From Eledone cirrhosa (lineage: Eukaryota), in NCBI GenBank assembly GCA_964016885.1, contig OZ024752.1:48794001-48858000 (forward strand): a stretch of 64,000 bases of DNA, written 5' to 3'. Numbering within the stretch: position 1 is the stretch's first letter; each line of letters opens with the position of its first letter. Under the pieces are notes generated by a model. The model was not told where the DNA came from, ran no database searches, and saw only the letters and a list, made by a program, of their open reading frames with translations. Shown here piece after piece: positions 57,575-64,000 of the stretch. The position numbers and the translations under genes are program-made.

Positions 57575-58600
57575 ACAACAACAATAAAAAAAAACACCAC
57601 CTCCAACAACAACACCACCATCTCCACCACCACCACCACAACCAACACCACCATCTCCACCCACCACCAACACCACCACCAACAACACCATCTCCACCAC
57701 CATCACCACCAACAACAACACCATCTCCACCACCACCACCACCAACAACAACAACACCATCTCCACCACCACCACTACCAATAACAACACCACCAACTCC
57801 ACCACCACCACCACCAACAACAACAACACCATCTCCACCAACCATCACCACCAACAACAACACCATCTCCACCCACCACCACCACCAACAACAACAACAC
57901 CATCTCCACCACCACCACTACCAATAACAACACCACCAACTCCACCACCACCACCACCAACAACAACAACACCATCTCCACCACCATCACACCAACAACA
58001 ACACCATCTCCACCACCACCACCACCAACAACAACAACACCATCTCCACCACCACCACTACCAATAACAACACCACCAACACCACCACCAGCACCAACAA
58101 CAACAACAACACCTCCACCTCCACCAACAACAACAACACCATCTCCACCACACCAACAACAACAACAACAACAACACCACCACCACCACAACAACACCAT
58201 CTCCACCACACCACCACAACAACAACAACACCATCTCCACCACCACCACAACATTACCAACAACAACACCATCTCCACCACACCACCACCACCAACAACA
58301 ACACCACCAACACCTCCACCAACACTACCAACAACAACATCTCCACCACCACTCCACACCAACACTACAACAAAACATCTCCACCACCAACACTACAAGC
58401 AACACCTGCACCACACCTCCACCACCACCAAAACCATCTCCACCAGCACCACCACCAACAACAACACCACCTCCACCAACACTACCACCAACACCACCTC
58501 ACCACCACCACCACCATCACCACCAACCACACCTACCACAACAACAACAACACCTGCACCAACACTACCACCACCACCACCACCTCTAACCCCCCCCCTT
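57575..58600. repeat. (CAC/CAA)n array with a recurring ACCATCTCC motif
   Basis: Directly visible. Confidence 0.93.
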
Positions 58601-58918
58601 CTCTCAGGTTTTAATCCCTGAAATATCTCTAACCTAAAACAGATCACTTGATGTAAGATGTTGAAATAGCTTAGAGCTACAACACAGCTAAAGACAGGTA
58701 GTACTTCTTATGTATTAAATCAATGAAGCTTATCATCGCTAGATGGGACAAGTGGTTGGGGGATATGGGTGCTGATGAGGGTGAGGGGGGGTAGCAATTC
58801 TATATGTACATATGTGTATGTAAGTGTGTGTGTGTATGTATATATATATATAGACACTCATATACATATATATAGACACTTACACATCCTTTAACTCACA
58901 AACATATATATATATATA

Positions 58919-59450
58919 TCGCATTCTTTAAGGGTATGTCAATATTTATTTATAAAACTGATCTATATTATATTTTATCTGATGAAAGCACACCATAATT
59001 TAACCTACCCCCCACTCTCCTGAGCGTGAATTTAATAAACATTTATCGTACTGCCTCTCTGTTCTGTCCCTGTTCAATTTTTCATTATATATATATATAT
59101 ATAATATATATATATAAATGTAGAAGTTCTATTTAAATTGTTGGATACAACAAGCAAATATTTTTATAACTGATATAAAGCACTCAACAAATTTATTGAG
59201 TAAAAAATACGATATATTAATAAATGGAAACTATATTTATAAAAACCATATTTATTTCATTATACATATTTCAAGGACACAAGTTAAATTATGGTGTGCT
59301 TTCATCAGATAAAATATAATATAGATCAGTTTTATAAATTAAATATTGACATACCCTTAAAGAATGCGACCATTTCTGTTGGAAGCTCCCGATACTATCC
59401 GGGAGCTTCCAACAGAAATGGTCGCATTCTTTAAGGGTATGTCAATATTT
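58919..59450. mobile_element. Penelope-like family P2 locus: plus-strand fragment 58919-59003, minus-strand copy 59118-59400, fold-back arm 59401-59450
   Basis: Homologous to 3343-3625; perfect 50-bp inverted arms at 59341-59390 and 59401-59450. Confidence 0.72.
59253..59316 (-). ncRNA. Minimal type I hammerhead ribozyme (paralogue of 3475-3539)
   Basis: UAUUUUAU-CUGAUGA-AAGCACAC[cauaauuuaacuu]GUGUCCUU-GAAA-UAUGUAUA-AUGAAAUA. Confidence 0.78.
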
Positions 59451-60302
59451 ATATATATATATATGTATGTATGTAGACTAAATCTACCAAAATATGCGGT
59501 AGTGTCCAATCCAATTCATTGTTTTTATTAATTTATATATATATGTATGTATGTATGTATGTATGGGTGTGTGTGTATGTATGTATATACATATATATAT
59601 GTATGTATGTGTGGATATGTGTGGATGTGTGTGTATGTATGTAGATACATAGTATACATATATATATATATATATGTTTTGTGAGTTAAAGGATGTGTAA
59701 GTGTCTATATATATATGTATATGTGTGTGTGTGAGTGTTTAGATGTATATATATATATATTCTATATATATATATGTGTGTGTATGAGAGTGCGTGTGTA
59801 TATATACAATATATATATATATATATATATAAGCACACAATCTATACATTAAAATATGTCTATATATATATATATATATGTGCGTGTGTGTATGTGTGTT
59901 TAAATATGAATAAATGGCTTGAAGTTTATGATAGAAAATATGGTTTCTACTGTTGATGATGATGATGATGACATAAGGTGGGGGAGGTGGTGGTGCTGCT
60001 ACTGATGATGATGATGTTGATGGCTGGAGGCATTGATACTGGTGATGATGTTGAACAATGACAAATGTAATGATGATAAGTTAAACTATAACACGAGTCA
60101 TCTGGATTTAGTTGTTTAGCCCCAGGTCAGTTCTGATTGAGAACTGATCTATAATTATAGATCTGTGGCAATTTAATCAAGACCAGCCTATCTCATTTGA
60201 TATGTATGAAGGATCCAATGAAAGGGTTATGACTAAATGGAATAAATCTATCTTTAATCCTTCCAATCTTATCCACAATACAATCTCTTTCACCATAGCT
60301 AC

Positions 60303-60685
60303 CATCATCATCACCGTTTTATGTCCACGCTAGCATGGGTTAGATGGGTTGTCCTGTTGTGGACAGTGTCCGGTCGGCTGACCTTGTCTTGCTCATACGG
60401 GAACTGATTCTGGCTTGATTTCTACAGCTGGATGCCCTTCCTAACACCAACCTCATTTACAGTGAGTGCTGGGTGCTTTTTTGCCATGGCACCTCCACGA
60501 CCACTTTACAGTGGAATGATAGGGACCCCAGTCCCTATCATCTCATTTCTACAGCTGAGTAAACTGAAGCAATGTGAAATAAAGTGTCTTGCTCAAGGAA
60601 ACAACACATCACCCGGTCTGAGAATTGCCTCACAACCTTTCGATTGCAAGCCCAATGCTCTAACCCCCTAAGCCATGTGCCTTCA
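60303..60685 (-). mobile_element. Composite SINE family C
   Basis: Matches the family. Confidence 0.87.
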
Positions 60686-60839
60686 CTGCCTACCATATGT
60701 ATGTATATATGGTCCCATAACTTCTGAGAGAGTCACAGGGGCACTGTATTGACATACAGCATTTCTTGGCATTTTTAAGATGGCGGAGCCCATCTCTCTC
60801 CTGACATGTGTACAGCAGATTTCTTCAGAGAGAGGAAGA

Positions 60840-61155
60840 ATCGACCCAGTACTTGACTGGTACTTTTTTATCGACCTCGAAAGGATGAAAGGCAAAGTTG
60901 ACCTCGGCGAGATTTGAACTCAGAACGTTAAGGGCCATAACTCTATACTGTAAAGCATGTTGTCCGACGCTCTACCAATACTGCCAATCTCCAATAATTG
61001 TTTCTACTTTTGGCACAAGGCCAGCAATTACCTCAGTACATTGCTGGTACTTTATTTTATCGACCTCGTAAGGATGAAATGCAAAGTTAACCTCGGCGGG
61101 ATTTGAATTCAGAACGTTAAGGGCCACAACTCTATACTTTAAAGCATAGTGTCAT
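60840..61155 (-). mobile_element. Two tandem SINE family A copies
   Basis: The core is repeated twice. Confidence 0.85.
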
Positions 61156-61529
61156 AATAATAATGATGATCAAGAAAGTGAAATATATATATTGTACAAA
61201 TAACTAAAAGAAGGTTTGATTAAAATAGTTTTTGTTTATATTTAATGCCAAAGTTTTGAGAAAATATATATATTTAGAATTAAGGGCTGGGGGGAGAGGA
61301 CCACCCATAAAAAATAAAAGAACAAACATTTTTTTGAGAGGTAGGGGTGATGGGGGGGGGGGCACAAACACCCCCCCCCCCCACTCCCTAAAAAAAAAAA
61401 ACAAGAATAAATCAAAATAGAAAATAACAACAATATTTTTATATTCCCCAATTGAACAGTTTTTGTTTTTGTGTGTTTAATTTTCTATGTATCTTTATTT
61501 TTCTAGTTTCTATCACCTCTCTTCATTCC

Positions 61530-62620
61530 CTACCACCACCACCACCACTACTACCATCACCACTACCACAACCATAACCACCACAATCACCACCACCACT
61601 ACCACCATAACCACCCCAACCACCAAAACCACAACTGCCATCACCACCACCACTGCCAACACCACTACCGTCAAAGCACGACCACCACCACCACCACACA
61701 CCATCAAAACCACAACCACCACCACCGCCACCATCAAAACCACAACCACCACCACCACCACCACCACTACTACCACCACAACCATCAAAACAACACCACC
61801 ACCACCACTACCATCACCACCACTACAACCACCATCATCACCATCACCACCACTACAACCACCACCATCACCATCACCACCCCTACCCCCATCACCACAA
61901 CACCACCACCACAACCACCAACAACACACCACCACCACTACTACCACCACAACCACCAAAACCAACACCACCACCACCACGCACCACCACCAGCATAGCA
62001 CCACCATCACCAACCACTACAACCACCACCATCACCATCACCACCCCTACCCCCATCACCACAACACCACCACCACCACTACTACCACCACAACCACCAA
62101 AACCAACACGACCACCACTACCACCAACAAAGCACCAACACCATCACCACCACTACAACCCCCCCACCCCCCACCCCCATCACCACAACACCATCACCAC
62201 CACCACCAACACAACCACAACACCACCACGACCATCACCACCACCACCCCCATCACCACAAACACCATCACCACCACCACCAACACAACCACAACACCAC
62301 CACCACCAACACCACCACCACCACAACACCCCCTCCCATCACCCTCCACCTCTTACCCCCCACCATTGATTTTTGGTTCATATTTACAAGTTTATCAGTC
62401 TGGTGTAGAACATATTTCGAGATGGGCTCCATTAAGGAATAAATATAACATAATTGGGTTTATCTCTTTTACCATCTCATCATTTCTTCCTGGCTATTGT
62501 TATTGTTATTGTTATTGCTGTTGTTGTTGTTGTTGTTGTTATTGTTCTTGTTGTTGTTTTGTTGTTTAGTGATAGTTTGTTATGTTTTTTTTTATTTTTT
62601 ATAATTGTTGTCATTATGTA

Positions 62621-62651
<31 letters not shown>

Positions 62652-63450
62652 TTTATGTATGGATGTATTTATGTATGTATGTATGTATGTATGTATGTAT
62701 TTATGTATGGATGTATGTATGTATGTATGTATGTATGTATGCATGTATGTATGTATGTATGTATTTATGTATGGATGTATTTATGTATGGATGTATGTAT
62801 GTATGTATGTATGTATGTATGTATGTATGTATGTATGTATGTATGTATTTATGTATGAGTATGGATGTATGTATGTATGTATGTATGTATGTATGTATGT
62901 ATTTATGTATGTATGTATTTATGTATTTATGTATGTATGTATGTATGTATTTATGTATGGATGTATTTATGTATGTATGTATTTATGTATGTATGTATTT
63001 ATGTATGTATTTATGTATGTATGTATGTATGTATGTATGTATGTATGTATGTATGTATGTATTTATGTATGGATGTATTTATGTATGTATGTATGTATGG
63101 ATGTATGTATGTATGTATGTATTTATGTATGGATGTGTATATGTATGTATGTATGTATTTATGTATGTATGTATGTATTTATGTATGTATGTATTTATGT
63201 ACGTACGTTCATATATGTATGTATGTATATATGTATATACATTCGTATGAATTTATGTATGTATGTACATTCATATGTATGTATGTATTTATGTATGTTT
63301 ATATATATTTTTGTATGTATGTACCTACATTCATATGTATGTATGTATGTATCTATGTACGTACATTTGTATGTCTGTACACATGTATGTATGTATATAT
63401 GTATGTATATATGTATGTATATATGTACGTACGTTCATATATATTTGATA
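61530..63450. repeat. (ACC)n array, short unique spacer, (GTT)n and a long (ATGT)n array
   Basis: Directly visible. Confidence 0.93.
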
Positions 63451-63874
63451 TGCAAATATCAATATGTGTATATGTGTCAATGTATGCATATATTCTTATG
63501 CATACATAATGTGTGTGTGTGTATATATATATGGGAAGTTATGTGTATGTATGTGTGTGTGTGAGTAAATATATGTATATATGCAAGTGTGTGTGAGTAT
63601 ATAAATATAGAAATAAATACGTAAATTTGTGTATATATATATATATATAATCATATACAATCTCTAAATTATATTTATACTCTAACCATTCAATTACATT
63701 TGTTTTTTTTGTTATTATTATTATTGAAATTGGAGTATGTGTCTGTAAATTAAGGGTGTAAAACTGGGAGAGGGCACTTGCCCTGGTGGTCAGGGTCACT
63801 GTGGTCTTTTAATGGGCTTTCTCCACAAATGTCCCTCGGAAGTCTCCCCCCCTATTGGGGAATTTTTCTTTGTT

Positions 63875-63992
63875 ATTTTATTTCATCCTCTGTTTTTTTT
63901 ACACGCAGAAATGCCCATTTGTATTGTCCTGTACTGTCCTTAATGTCTACTTTATGTAAACCCTTGTGGTTAATAAAGAAAACATTATTATT
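63875..63992 (+). mobile_element. Retroposon 3' end homologous to 2720-2860
   Basis: TGTCCTGTACTGTCCTTAATGTC...TGTAAACCCTTGTGGTTAATAAAG. Confidence 0.7.
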
Positions 63993-64000
63993 GAAATTGG

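Noticed and set aside
60776-60787. AAGATGGCGG YY1-like motif
   Set aside because: Isolated motif with no promoter or CpG-rich context.

Overview
Eukaryotic, very microsatellite-rich non-coding DNA: (AT)n, (ATAC)n, (AC)n, (AG)n, (ACC)n, (GAT/GGT)n and (CAA)n, with one 200-N gap. The repeat make-up resembles an octopus or other cephalopod genome; this is an inference. Almost all long ORFs in the track are simple-repeat artefacts, and no host gene could be confidently identified. Recognisable content: several tRNA-derived SINE families, 3' fragments of RTE, CR1/L2, R4/Dong-like and possibly L1/Tx1-like retrotransposons, a mariner remnant, MITEs and TE-derived minisatellites. The main signal is a set of self-cleaving-RNA motifs found by hand-folding. 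Seven complete or near-complete minimal type I hammerhead ribozymes, plus partial ones, lie in short (AT)n-embedded elements resembling Penelope-like pseudo-LTRs. Several of these elements fold back at hammerhead stem II, and six unrelated families share a downstream ACTC...GAGTRCY hairpin. A putative HDV-like ribozyme starts exactly at the 5' end of a non-autonomous RTE-derived element. All structures are manual predictions and their activity is untested.
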